Shown here: in pieces, positions 8,163-16,913 of the stretch
How positions within the stretch are numbered: position 1 is the first letter of the stretch
How the letters are laid out: each line of letters opens with the position of its first letter
DNA from: a virus
Lineage: Duplodnaviria; Heunggongvirae; Uroviricota; Caudoviricetes
DNA: 23,220 nt
Direction: 5' to 3' (one strand)
Virus record (IMG/VR): IMGVR_UViG_2582581315_000004
Location: 89,802-113,021 of that record
Made by a program: the position numbers and the translations under genes
Notes under the pieces: model-generated
Database searches by the model: none
Told to the model about the DNA's origin: nothing
The model's input: only the letters and a program-made list of their open reading frames with translations

Positions 8163-10853
8163 ATGGCGGTAGTTGTCCTACCCTCAACCTATAGGGATGG
8201 AACCGCGACCGTAGCCGCCAATGGCGTCACGGTGACCGGAACTGGTACGCTATGGACTAATTCTATCATTGCGGGCGACTTTTTCGGAACGCACAAGGGT
8301 TTCCCGATCCGCATTCTGTCCGTTGATAGCGACTCGCAGCTTACGCTTGCCTATGCGTGGCCGGGGGCCGCGCAGACGAATGCAGCCTACGAGATCATGC
8401 TTCAGAGCGACGTCGGTCGAATGCAGGAGACCTCGCGAGAGCTTCTGCAGAAGATGCAGAGCGGCAACCTCGACGCGCTCGCCGGCCTCAACGGACTGCC
8501 CGATACCATCCCGTACTTTTTGGGGCCGGGCGCCATGGGGCTGTATACAAAGCAGCAACTGACCAATGGCGCCAGGTTCGACGTTCAGGTGCCGGACATC
8601 GCCGGCCGCGCCGCTTACGATGCGCAGGCTGCTGGCTATGCGGTTCTCGTGTCCAACGTTGGTGATGGTCGAGCGGCGATCTATACGAAGAAGAGCCCGA
8701 CGTCTGGCGACTGGTCTACGGCTGCATACATTACTGGCCCAGTTGGTGCTACGGGTCCTGTTGGTATGAATTGGCGCAATGGGTGGAATGCTGCCAACAC
8801 CTACGCAATCAATGACGGCGTCTACTGGCTGGGATCGTCATGGATTGCTATCACTGCCGGCCTCGGTAGCACGAACGGCGCGCCAAGCATCGCCAACTCC
8901 GGCAATTGGCGGCAAATGACGCTCGGCTTTAATATCCTCGGGACATATAACCCTGCGACTACTTATTATCGCACGGACTCCGTTCTTTATAACGGCTCGA
9001 CGTGGCAGGTGCTTCCGAGCGTGGCCTCAACTGTTGGCAATGCGCCACCTAACCTCCCGACTACGAGCAATGCATGGTGGCAGCTGATCGCCCAAAAGGG
9101 CGCAGACGGGACCGGCGTCGGCGACATGCTCAAGGCCACGTATGATCCGACGAATATTGCCCTTGATGCGTTTAATCAGAACAACCACTATGGCAACGAT
9201 CCGTTTACCGTTGGCACGGTGGCTGCTCTTCAGGCGCTAGACACGACGAAGCACACGTGCGCATTTCTCGCCGTTATATCTGGGTCTAGGAACGGCCTAT
9301 TCATCTGGAGCCCCGGTGATTATTCCGCGAGGGTAGCCGCAGATACGGCTCAGGGCATTTTCATCAAGGCAAACGCCATCGCCGCTACTTCTGGGGCTTG
9401 GGTTAGAGCAGAGGTAGCCTTCTTTAGTAATTCATGGAAGGTCGGTTGGTTTGGTGTTAATCCCAACAATACACCGGTAAATAACACAACCAATCTAAAT
9501 GCGGCGCTGGCTCTTGCTGTCATGCAAGATAGTGCCATCGAGTTTCCTGCCGGTATACATCAGTTTAGCGCGAAAATCACGATATCTACCGCGTTCAACT
9601 TGGTGCTGTTCTCGAATGCAATCAAGGAGTGTGAGTTACAGTGGACCGCATCGAACGGCGGTATTGATCTAACGTTCACTGATCCATTACAGCCGCCCAC
9701 GATTAGGGGCCTTAACTTCACGACGACTATTGCGGGCGGCGGCACTGCGCTCAAGGTGACGGGCACTGCGCTTGCGTCTGCAACGCTTGCCGGTCCGCTA
9801 ATTGAGGACGTCGATTGCCGAGGCAAGACGGTTGCTAGCACCTATTGGACGCAGGGCATCTACCTTAAGCTCTGCTGGTATCCGCGAGTAATCAGGCCTG
9901 ACATTAAGGGGATGGACGATACCACATCGCCGTTCGACATGACGGAAGGCATCTATTGTGAAGATTGTCAGGCTCCGTTCATCCGCGACGTGACCATCTT
10001 CCATTGTGAGCACGCTATATACGCCACTGGCTCACTTCATGGCGAAGGTCTCAGCGTCATTGGCGGCGAAATTGTTGGCGTATCCGAGGGCATTAGATGG
10101 AATCTTGGTGCGGTTAAGCCCAGCATCGTCATATCTGACTTGCATATCAACGCTTATGTGAACTGCGTCAATCTAAACAACGTCTATCAGATAACCATTC
10201 ACGATTGCCTATTCTACAAGACGCATCTGTCGACGTCGAATTGGTATGGCGTGCAGCTCACGAATTGCGCGCAGGTCAATATTCACGATATGAACTTCTC
10301 TACGGCTGGCCTGATCGACACGACGCCGGGCGTTTCCACTCCAGTGGCGCTAGTCAATAGCCACGACTGCCGAATCACAAACTGCCTTGCATTCGGATGG
10401 TTGACGCCAAACTCATCCTTCGTCCTTCTGGCAAACTCGACTACGGCTGACAACGTCATGGATGGACTGACGATTGCCAACGATGGAAGCCGGTCGAACT
10501 TTGTAGGCTTTGCTGGCATTGTAAGCTCGCCGGGTCCAAACACCTTCCGCAACTGCGTTCCGGATGTTAACGCTCAGATGGCGAGCGGCGACACGACTCC
10601 AGATGTCGGAAACCTCTCGAGTCCAGTCCTTGAATATACCGGTGGCGCGGTATCTGTTACGACATTCGACAACCCCAAAACTGGACAGGAATTCACGCTG
10701 TTCTGCAACACCGGTTCGTCCGTCCTAACGCTTGTGAATAATGCCACCGGAACAGGTCTTATTGTAAAAGGGGGCAACTTCCTAATGCCAGCTGGATCAT
10801 GTGTGCATTTCAAGTATCACGGGAGCCTCTGGCGCGAGATGTGGCGTAGCTAA
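8163..10853 (+). CDS. Tailspike/tail fibre with a parallel beta-helix (pectin-lyase-like) domain; putative polysaccharide depolymerase
   Basis: GGAGG RBS at 8151 supports ATG 8163 (896 aa). It has an N-terminal virion-attachment region, a short collagen-like stretch, two W..TY..D.V...GS.W modules and a GDMLKATYDP motif. The beta-helix cap NTTNLNAAL...IEFPAG is followed by Asn/Ile/Cys-rich rungs. Confidence 0.85.
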   Translation: MAVVVLPSTYRDGTATVAANGVTVTGTGTLWTNSIIAGDFFGTHKGFPIRILSVDSDSQLTLAYAWPGAAQTNAAYEIMLQSDVGRMQETSRELLQKMQSGNLDALAGLNGLPDTIPYFLGPGAMGLYTKQQLTNGARFDVQVPDIAGRAAYDAQAAGYAVLVSNVGDGRAAIYTKKSPTSGDWSTAAYITGPVGATGPVGMNWRNGWNAANTYAINDGVYWLGSSWIAITAGLGSTNGAPSIANSGNWRQMTLGFNILGTYNPATTYYRTDSVLYNGSTWQVLPSVASTVGNAPPNLPTTSNAWWQLIAQKGADGTGVGDMLKATYDPTNIALDAFNQNNHYGNDPFTVGTVAALQALDTTKHTCAFLAVISGSRNGLFIWSPGDYSARVAADTAQGIFIKANAIAATSGAWVRAEVAFFSNSWKVGWFGVNPNNTPVNNTTNLNAALALAVMQDSAIEFPAGIHQFSAKITISTAFNLVLFSNAIKECELQWTASNGGIDLTFTDPLQPPTIRGLNFTTTIAGGGTALKVTGTALASATLAGPLIEDVDCRGKTVASTYWTQGIYLKLCWYPRVIRPDIKGMDDTTSPFDMTEGIYCEDCQAPFIRDVTIFHCEHAIYATGSLHGEGLSVIGGEIVGVSEGIRWNLGAVKPSIVISDLHINAYVNCVNLNNVYQITIHDCLFYKTHLSTSNWYGVQLTNCAQVNIHDMNFSTAGLIDTTPGVSTPVALVNSHDCRITNCLAFGWLTPNSSFVLLANSTTADNVMDGLTIANDGSRSNFVGFAGIVSSPGPNTFRNCVPDVNAQMASGDTTPDVGNLSSPVLEYTGGAVSVTTFDNPKTGQEFTLFCNTGSSVLTLVNNATGTGLIVKGGNFLMPAGSCVHFKYHGSLWREMWRS

Positions 10854-13224
10854 CGGCTGTGAGTATAACGGGAGGCCTTTTAGAAGCCTGGACGGATGGA
10901 ATCTTTTCAGGCTGCCTCCCCAGTGTCCCGCTTTCAAGGTCACTGAAGACCTCTGGCAATGACGTATGGTCCCCCTTGGAGTAATTCGCCTGCTTCGCGT
11001 GGAAGAGATACGCACTGGTGTCTGCGGCAAGCTTTTCAGCAGACCGAGCCCAAAACTTTGGATGTCTCCTTCCTAGCAGGCGAATAAGGTTCGCTTTGAC
11101 CGCCCACAATTTCTCTCTACCAGAGAGTTTCGCCCAAATTTCGGCACCGCTTTCGGTGCGCATCCATTTGGATATCGACGTTTGCTTTTCGAGGTTTTGC
11201 CAGATCTGGATTTTCCGGTAGTGGTCGAAGTCGGGCTGGCGAGAGTTGTCACCCAATACCTGCGCGACATAGGCCATGGTAACGATGTACTCTGAATTGT
11301 ATCTCGATCCAGGAAGCAGATATTTCGAAACGTCAGAGTAAATTTTGTCTTTGCCGACGTCGTGATTCAGCTTTTTGAAGCCATCGTCGACTTTCGCATT
11401 CATCATGGTGAATCCAAAAGAGACTTTCGAGACACCCTGAAAAGCCATGCGCCTCGGTTCCGCGACTACCTTTTTGGCGAGCTCAAATGCAAGGTTTGCA
11501 AAATAGTAGTCAGGAAACGGCGAGTGCATGACGTTTCCGCCAATTCGCATCCGGTCGAGGAGATCTTTGCTGCAGCAGAATGCTGGCATGTTGAACATGA
11601 ATGACCGGCGCATATGCAGCGAGTTGTCGACCGAGCGACGGATCGTGTCGGCATCGATGACGAATGGATAATCGGCATCCGCAAGGAAATCGGCCATTGG
11701 CAGGTCAGCGACATACCCCTCGCGTCTACCGGGAACGACGCCTGGATGCATAAACTGATAGAGGTTTGTGAAGATCAGGTCAGGCTCTTCGAAGCGCTCT
11801 ATCAGTTCATTCATGCGCTCAAAGTAACGAGGAGCAATCCCATCGTCATCGCCGACCATGGTCACGAAGTCGCCCTTGGCCATGTTGATGGCGTTGTTCC
11901 AGCTCTCTGTAACGGGCAGAAATTCGTCAGATCTCTCGGAGCGAATGCGTGGGTCGCCGAGTGCATTGATTGCGGCGGCAACCGGCTCCCTAGAGCAATT
12001 GTCGAAAACGACAATCTCCCAGTTGTCATAGTTTTGCTGAGTGACCGTCTTGATAGCGTCAAGCACAAGATCGAGGCGGTTGTGCGTGGGAATGGCGATG
12101 GAGAACAAGGGCTGGCGCTTGGCTTTCGGTGGCGCAGTGAATTCGAGGCACCGGTCAGCGAGCGATGTTCTGCGGCCGAACGAGGTACCATAAATCTCAA
12201 TGTCAGGCGTCAGGTCAGGCGCATACCCGCCCCAAGTCATAACGCGGTGGGCGTGCTTCTCAGGTTCGGAATATCGGTCATAGGCCGCCGTCTGATTGTC
12301 GACTGCGAGCAAGTTTGATTGATCGCCAGATCTGAATGCCCCGCATGTCGGCCATTGATCCAGCGAATAACCGACGCCATCCGCGCCGACCATGAGAAGC
12401 TCTTTGCCTTGGCGGAGCATTTTAAGCGAGATCCCGTCAGGGCCGCTTTCAAAGCGGCAGCACGCTATTTTGCTCTTGTCGATGAGTTGGACATCAAGAA
12501 AGTCCGCTCGGCTGACCATGAATGCAGTGCTGCGAAGGTGGGGGTTTGGGAAATGCGGGAAGTCTCGAAAGTTGGAGGGAAAGCCGCCGTCATAGCTGAT
12601 TGCATTCGCCCATACCGCTGGAAACTTTTTCTGTAGCTCCAAAATGGATGGCCTTTTGCCGATGGCATCCCCGATCATTCGTCTTAGACGCAGGTATTTT
12701 GATTGCGTCGCAAGGACAGTAACTCGCGATATAGGGTTGATGATCCATGCAAAGGAACGAGCCAAGGTGCTGTTGAGTTTTGCGGGAATGCCGACGGCCC
12801 ATGAGACGAAGCTGACGACCTTGAAAGAGCTGTATAAGCTCTCGAACGATCCGGAGGCGCCAACCATTCCAACTCCAGGCTTGCTCATATTGGCCCATAG
12901 TTTTGCGAGCCAATCATCTGATCGAACGAGCGTGAACGTGTTAAAGCAACAAATATATTCATTCTGAATTTCGAGAGCAGCTTCCCTATACGCATGGATG
13001 TCGAGCCCGATGTCGTCTTCGACGATAATGGTTTTATGGTCGATGCCGGTGAATATGGCACCAATGGCCGCCAATTCGCCAGGCTTGTTGAAGCCTTTAC
13101 AGATTATGTACAGGTCATGTTGCTCGCCGGCGGGATGTCGCCGATATGCCTCGGCGAATGCCTCAAAGGCCGGGAATCCTTCATTTAAGCGAGCAAGATA
13201 AACAACTGCGATTTTCTTCTGCAT
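10810..13224 (-). CDS. Two-domain glycosyltransferase: uncharacterised GT-like N-terminal domain plus GT2 domain (moron)
   Basis: C-terminal half has canonical GT2 motifs: SIAIPTHNR, EIVVFDNCS, WNNAINMAKGDFV and GDDDG. Start reassigned to ATG 13224 (AGGA upstream), giving 804 aa. Antisense to all flanking phage late genes. Confidence 0.88.
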   Translation of the reverse strand: MQKKIAVVYLARLNEGFPAFEAFAEAYRRHPAGEQHDLYIICKGFNKPGELAAIGAIFTGIDHKTIIVEDDIGLDIHAYREAALEIQNEYICCFNTFTLVRSDDWLAKLWANMSKPGVGMVGASGSFESLYSSFKVVSFVSWAVGIPAKLNSTLARSFAWIINPISRVTVLATQSKYLRLRRMIGDAIGKRPSILELQKKFPAVWANAISYDGGFPSNFRDFPHFPNPHLRSTAFMVSRADFLDVQLIDKSKIACCRFESGPDGISLKMLRQGKELLMVGADGVGYSLDQWPTCGAFRSGDQSNLLAVDNQTAAYDRYSEPEKHAHRVMTWGGYAPDLTPDIEIYGTSFGRRTSLADRCLEFTAPPKAKRQPLFSIAIPTHNRLDLVLDAIKTVTQQNYDNWEIVVFDNCSREPVAAAINALGDPRIRSERSDEFLPVTESWNNAINMAKGDFVTMVGDDDGIAPRYFERMNELIERFEEPDLIFTNLYQFMHPGVVPGRREGYVADLPMADFLADADYPFVIDADTIRRSVDNSLHMRRSFMFNMPAFCCSKDLLDRMRIGGNVMHSPFPDYYFANLAFELAKKVVAEPRRMAFQGVSKVSFGFTMMNAKVDDGFKKLNHDVGKDKIYSDVSKYLLPGSRYNSEYIVTMAYVAQVLGDNSRQPDFDHYRKIQIWQNLEKQTSISKWMRTESGAEIWAKLSGREKLWAVKANLIRLLGRRHPKFWARSAEKLAADTSAYLFHAKQANYSKGDHTSLPEVFSDLESGTLGRQPEKIPSVQASKRPPVILTAVSYATSRARGSRDT

Positions 13225-13480
13225 TCGTGCCAATTCCTGAAATCGCGCCCCCCGGCGACTTTGGATATTCGATAGTTGGCTCAACCTCTGGGTACCGAGG
13301 CCTAGCCCAGGCACCAAACCATGTATTCTCGTACAGGTAGGCCTTGAGAAGGTTAACCGATCTGCATCGGTTGATATCCTCTACCATTGACTGAATCTGG
13401 TGTGAAGTAGTCGCCATCAGTTGGCGACCGATACAATGCCCGTGTGTCGGGTCTGCAACTCCAAGGCATAGGAACCTTCC

Positions 13481-13789
13481 ATGAACCACGCGAAACTTTT
13501 CGCGGCGGTGCGCGCGCGCGTGCTCAATCGCTTGAAGCTGGCCTTCGATCGACTGGAGCATATCCCCGACGCCAAAGCCGTGCTCTTCCATGCATGGAGC
13601 GTCCGGCTTTGGATAGCCGCCTCCGCCATCATTCTCCTCGAGCCACTCTTCGAGTTGCTCGTCGATCTCTCTGACAGTTGGAACATTTACACGCGCGCTT
13701 GCCTGCGAGCTCTCGCCGGCATTTTCGGCCTGCTGGGCATCTGGGCGCGTGTCGTCAAACAAAAGGAACTGCAAGATGCCGATAAATAA
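13481..13789 (+). CDS. Putative holin-like membrane protein
   Basis: 102 aa with a HAWSVRLW motif, two hydrophobic segments and a basic C-tail. It overlaps the lysozyme start. The exact start is uncertain. Confidence 0.65.
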   Translation: MNHAKLFAAVRARVLNRLKLAFDRLEHIPDAKAVLFHAWSVRLWIAASAIILLEPLFELLVDLSDSWNIYTRACLRALAGIFGLLGIWARVVKQKELQDADK

Positions 13790-14357
13790 GATTGTCGCCA
13801 CAAAGCGCGGCAAGGCGCTGGTTGGCTCGGTAGTCGCCGCAGCTGTCGCCGGCATGGTCGCCATTTTTCCGGGTCAGGCGCCCGTTCATGACGACACTGC
13901 ACTTGCCATTAAGATCTTACAGCCGTGGGAAGGCAGAAAGCTTGTCGCCTATCTAGACACCCTGCCAACCAAGCCAGTTTACACCATCTGCGATGGCGAT
14001 ACCGACAACGTACGCAAGGGCATGGTTGAGACGGACGCCGGCTGTGATGCTCGCCTCGCTAAGAAGATGGAAAAGGACTATCGGCCGCATCTCGTGAAGT
14101 GCGTCGCTGATTGGGACAAGAAGCCGCTCAGTTGGCGCGGCTCGATGCTGACGCTTTCGTGGAATGTTGGCGTGGGCGCAACATGCAATTCGACGGCGGT
14201 TCGCCTGGCTCGTGAAGGCAAATATCGCGAAAGCTGTGAAGCGGCCACAGCATTCAACAAGGCCGGTGGTCGTGTGCTCAAGGGACTGGTCAACCGCCGC
14301 GAGATGGGCGACGCGCAGCGCGAGGGCGAGGCCGAAATCTGTGTGAGCGGCCTATGA
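13776..14357 (+). CDS. GH24 lysozyme (endolysin) with an N-terminal SAR-like anchor
   Basis: WEG....AY.D...TIC.G.T catalytic region, WNVGVGA.C.ST and GLVNRR motifs. The N-terminus is basic and followed by a Gly/Ala/Val-rich segment (ALVGSVVAAAVAGMVAIF). Confidence 0.92.
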   Translation: MPINKIVATKRGKALVGSVVAAAVAGMVAIFPGQAPVHDDTALAIKILQPWEGRKLVAYLDTLPTKPVYTICDGDTDNVRKGMVETDAGCDARLAKKMEKDYRPHLVKCVADWDKKPLSWRGSMLTLSWNVGVGATCNSTAVRLAREGKYRESCEAATAFNKAGGRVLKGLVNRREMGDAQREGEAEICVSGL

Positions 14358-14854
14358 GCGCCGTCGTCGCAGTCTTGTCCTCGATCGCCTCTTGGATGAT
14401 CAAGACCTTCGGAGTCGCCGGCTGCGCGCTGGCGATCGTCCTCGTCTATTACAACGGCCTTCCATTCCTCAATCGCTATCCTTGGCTGGCAAATGTGCCC
14501 GTCATTGGCCAATTCGCCGTCGGGCACGTCGAGACGTATGCCGTCGACCAAGTGAAGCTCGCCACGGCCAAGCAGACGGCTATCTGTGATGCCAAATTGG
14601 AGAAGCTGGTTTCCGGAACTGAGCTCGCCGCGGCAACCGCCCGCGCCGACTATCTGCAGCAGCAATTGACAAGGGCTCAAGCCCTTCGCGAGCAGGCTGA
14701 CAAACAGGCAGCCGACTTGGACACTCAGGCACAGGAAGCACAAAATGCGCTGGATCAAAAACTCGCTGCAGACAGGGGCGGCGATGATCGCGCTCGCTGG
14801 TCTGCCTCTGACATCATGTGGATCGACAGCCAATTTCCGAGATCTGGAAAATAG
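14354..14854 (+). CDS. Rz-like inner-membrane spanin
   Basis: N-terminal transmembrane segment and a long coiled-coil, located directly after the lysozyme (ATGA overlap). Confidence 0.72.
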   Translation: MSAVVAVLSSIASWMIKTFGVAGCALAIVLVYYNGLPFLNRYPWLANVPVIGQFAVGHVETYAVDQVKLATAKQTAICDAKLEKLVSGTELAAATARADYLQQQLTRAQALREQADKQAADLDTQAQEAQNALDQKLAADRGGDDRARWSASDIMWIDSQFPRSGK

Positions 14855-15083
14855 AGCGAACGCCGCGGCCGCGGCAAAGGCGACGATTGAGACGAAACCT
14901 GTGTTCCCCGATCTGCCGGCGAAATGCCGTCTGAAGATGGCCCGGGTTCGCTCTCAGGTCGGAGGGCTTTCCAGCCACGACATCGTGCAATGGAATATCA
15001 ATGCCGATGCGCAGGATTCAAGGACTCTATTCTGCGCCGATTTCTATCAGACGGCGACGGGCACGGGAGGATCAAAATCTTGA
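14745..15083 (+). CDS. Rz1-like outer-membrane lipoprotein spanin
   Basis: Lipobox LTS-C after a basic/hydrophobic leader, Pro-containing mature part, and a 110-bp overlap with the Rz-like gene in the +1 frame. Confidence 0.75.
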   Translation: MRWIKNSLQTGAAMIALAGLPLTSCGSTANFRDLENRANAAAAAKATIETKPVFPDLPAKCRLKMARVRSQVGGLSSHDIVQWNINADAQDSRTLFCADFYQTATGTGGSKS

Positions 15084-15538
15084 GAGAGCTCAGCTATATG
15101 GGGCCGGCCCTCTGGATCCGGATCAAGCATCGTTTTGGACCTCGGATGATGGAGTGGTTTCTGGCGGCGCATATGACTCTTTGGGGGCTTTTCCCAGCCA
15201 TGAACCGGGAGCTCTTTCTGCAAGACGCCTTTTCCGGGTTTCTGGCGGTCGTCGGTCGCCACGAGGCCATCGTAGGAACCATCATGATCGGCTTCGGCCT
15301 CCTTCGCTTCATTGCCTTGGTTATCAACGGCGCGCGCAAGGACGTGACGCCTCATATTCGGCAGATTTCAGCAGGCATTGGCTTTCTCATATGGGCCGGC
15401 ATATCGTATTGCTACGCATCCTCCAATGTCGCCTCGACCTGGCTCGCTGTCTATCCGCTCTTCGTGGTTGGCGAGCTCGTCAACATCCATCGGGCCGCGC
15501 ATGATCAAGGGGAAGCAAGGCATGGAAGAAATAACTAA
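15080..15538 (+). CDS. Multi-pass (about 4 TM) membrane protein
   Basis: GGAGG at 15066 supports TTG 15080, which overlaps the upstream TGA; ATG 15098 is an alternative start. Four hydrophobic segments. Confidence 0.7.
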   Translation: MRELSYMGPALWIRIKHRFGPRMMEWFLAAHMTLWGLFPAMNRELFLQDAFSGFLAVVGRHEAIVGTIMIGFGLLRFIALVINGARKDVTPHIRQISAGIGFLIWAGISYCYASSNVASTWLAVYPLFVVGELVNIHRAAHDQGEARHGRNN

Positions 15539-15875
15539 TAAGCTGCTCCAGCAGCCGATCGTGCTCGTCGCTTTCGGCCTTGGGTTGGCTATGGTGTATG
15601 CGGTTCGGCAGTGGGGATTGAGGTCGGGGGAGAAGGCCGGCGCCGGCCAACAAGCGGCCGCCCAGGTAGCCGCGGTCATCGTTGATCCGACCGCTCTCAA
15701 CAATGCATCGAAATCGGTCGAAGAACTGACGAAGTCACTGGCGGCCGGGCATGTCCTCCAGGAACATCACGTGCATATGCTGTGTCGTCGGCTGGAAGGT
15801 CTCACCGAAGCTGTGGGGCAACTCACTCGTGAGGCCGTCGAGATCCGTGTGGCCCTGCTAGCGCAGCGCCGGTAA
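15522..15875 (+). CDS. Single-TM protein with a C-terminal coiled-coil
   Basis: ATG 15522 preceded by a purine-rich GGGGAAGCAAGG. Hydrophobic PIVLVAFGLGLAMVYAV segment. It overlaps the previous gene. Confidence 0.68.
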   Translation: MEEITNKLLQQPIVLVAFGLGLAMVYAVRQWGLRSGEKAGAGQQAAAQVAAVIVDPTALNNASKSVEELTKSLAAGHVLQEHHVHMLCRRLEGLTEAVGQLTREAVEIRVALLAQRR

Positions 15876-15900
15876 ATCTTGATCAGAAACTATGCGCTTT

Positions 15901-15929
15901 GCCCCTCCGCTCCGGCGGAGGGGCTTTTT
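15901..15929 (+). terminator. Rho-independent terminator ending the late/lysis operon
   Basis: 8-bp stem ccctccgc-tccg-gcggaggg followed by cTTTTT, 25 bp after the last + strand gene. Confidence 0.82.
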
Positions 15930-15954
15930 GCGTTTGAGATGAATGGTTCGAATG

Positions 15955-16140
15955 CTAGGCGGGCTTGTTGCCGTACGGCTGGCGATAGTCCAGCCATCTG
16001 TGTTCATAGCAAAACCAACGCGTCTCGCCCTTGCCGACGGCGTAGCCCCATCCGCCCCACGCCTTGCAACCAGGTTGCTCGCAATAGTGCTCGAAGAGAA
16101 TTGATGGAAGCCGTTTAGCTGTCTCTGTGTGGTCGCTCAT
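15955..16140 (-). CDS. Small putative Zn-binding protein (C-x4-C ... C-x2-H)
   Basis: 61 aa containing HYCEQPGC..WG.WG...WFCYEH. Its ATG overlaps the upstream TGA (4 bp). Confidence 0.75.
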   Translation of the reverse strand: MSDHTETAKRLPSILFEHYCEQPGCKAWGGWGYAVGKGETRWFCYEHRWLDYRQPYGNKPA

Positions 16141-16856
16141 TCCGCCAGTCCATTGAGTCGTTTCAGTGCATCATAGTAATCCTCGACGTCGCGCGCAGCT
16201 TGCCGTGCGATGTCTGCGCTCCCACTGGAGGGGCTATTGAGGATCCGGTTCATGGTCACCAAGCAGGTCCAGTGCCATCGCTCCTGCAGGCCCGCTGAAT
16301 AGTCTTGCCAAATTCTCCCAAACTTGATGCCGCCTTCATATCCGAAAAAATCAGCCATATGCGGCCCATTGGCCCGCCGCCACTTGTAGCGAGGCACCAA
16401 CTCTCCGAGGCGATGGAGATAAGATAGCGCGCAGTCCGCCGCGCTTTCCGTATTCCCGCCGGTGACCACTGCCAGCTTGGGCGGCGGCCGACGAGAGATC
16501 TCGAATGCGGTCAGCAGCGCGTCTGCCGTCTGTTGGCCTATGACTTCCAGCGTCCGGTGCGCCAAATCGAAGTTCCTTGTGCAAAGCGAGAAGGCGTCTT
16601 CATCCGGAACTCCGTTAAGGACACCTGCGATCGGCGGCACCAACGAGTCCGGCCCGACCTTTTCTCCGTTCCGATGAAACTCAAGGGATTGGGAAAGATG
16701 AGCGCCAATCTCCCGCGCTATGGCAGGGAACCGTTCCCTGTCTCGGCGCTTGCCTACCTGATAGCCGCTAAAGCGCCGAAGCTGTCCTCGGCGCATGCAG
16801 CGGAAGCAGATATAAACGGACAGGCGAATTCGATCGGCAATTGTTTCCTCGGTCAT
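16137..16856 (-). CDS. Hypothetical protein with an N-terminal CxxC and a C-terminal Trp-rich domain
   Basis: 239-aa ORF co-oriented in the operon. CFRC lies near the N-terminus; the C-terminal region reads YKWRR...DFFG.EG...GRI...W.W...ARQAAR.VE.YYD. Confidence 0.7.
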   Translation of the reverse strand: MTEETIADRIRLSVYICFRCMRRGQLRRFSGYQVGKRRDRERFPAIAREIGAHLSQSLEFHRNGEKVGPDSLVPPIAGVLNGVPDEDAFSLCTRNFDLAHRTLEVIGQQTADALLTAFEISRRPPPKLAVVTGGNTESAADCALSYLHRLGELVPRYKWRRANGPHMADFFGYEGGIKFGRIWQDYSAGLQERWHWTCLVTMNRILNSPSSGSADIARQAARDVEDYYDALKRLNGLAE

Positions 16857-16913
16857 TTGGCACCATCAGTTTGTTATTGTTTTTGAAGACGGCCGCCACG
16901 TCTTGCCTCTCGT

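Noticed and set aside
7663-8187. 174-aa minus-strand ORF spanning the pre-tailspike gap
   Set aside because: It overlaps the 82-aa + strand gene antisense; its S/A-rich end is the mirror of that gene's codons; no recognisable motif.
8163-10853. Possible diversity-generating retroelement target or invertible tail-fibre switch
   Set aside because: No reverse transcriptase, template/variable repeat pair, invertase or flanking inverted crossover sites seen in the window; a partner outside the window cannot be excluded.
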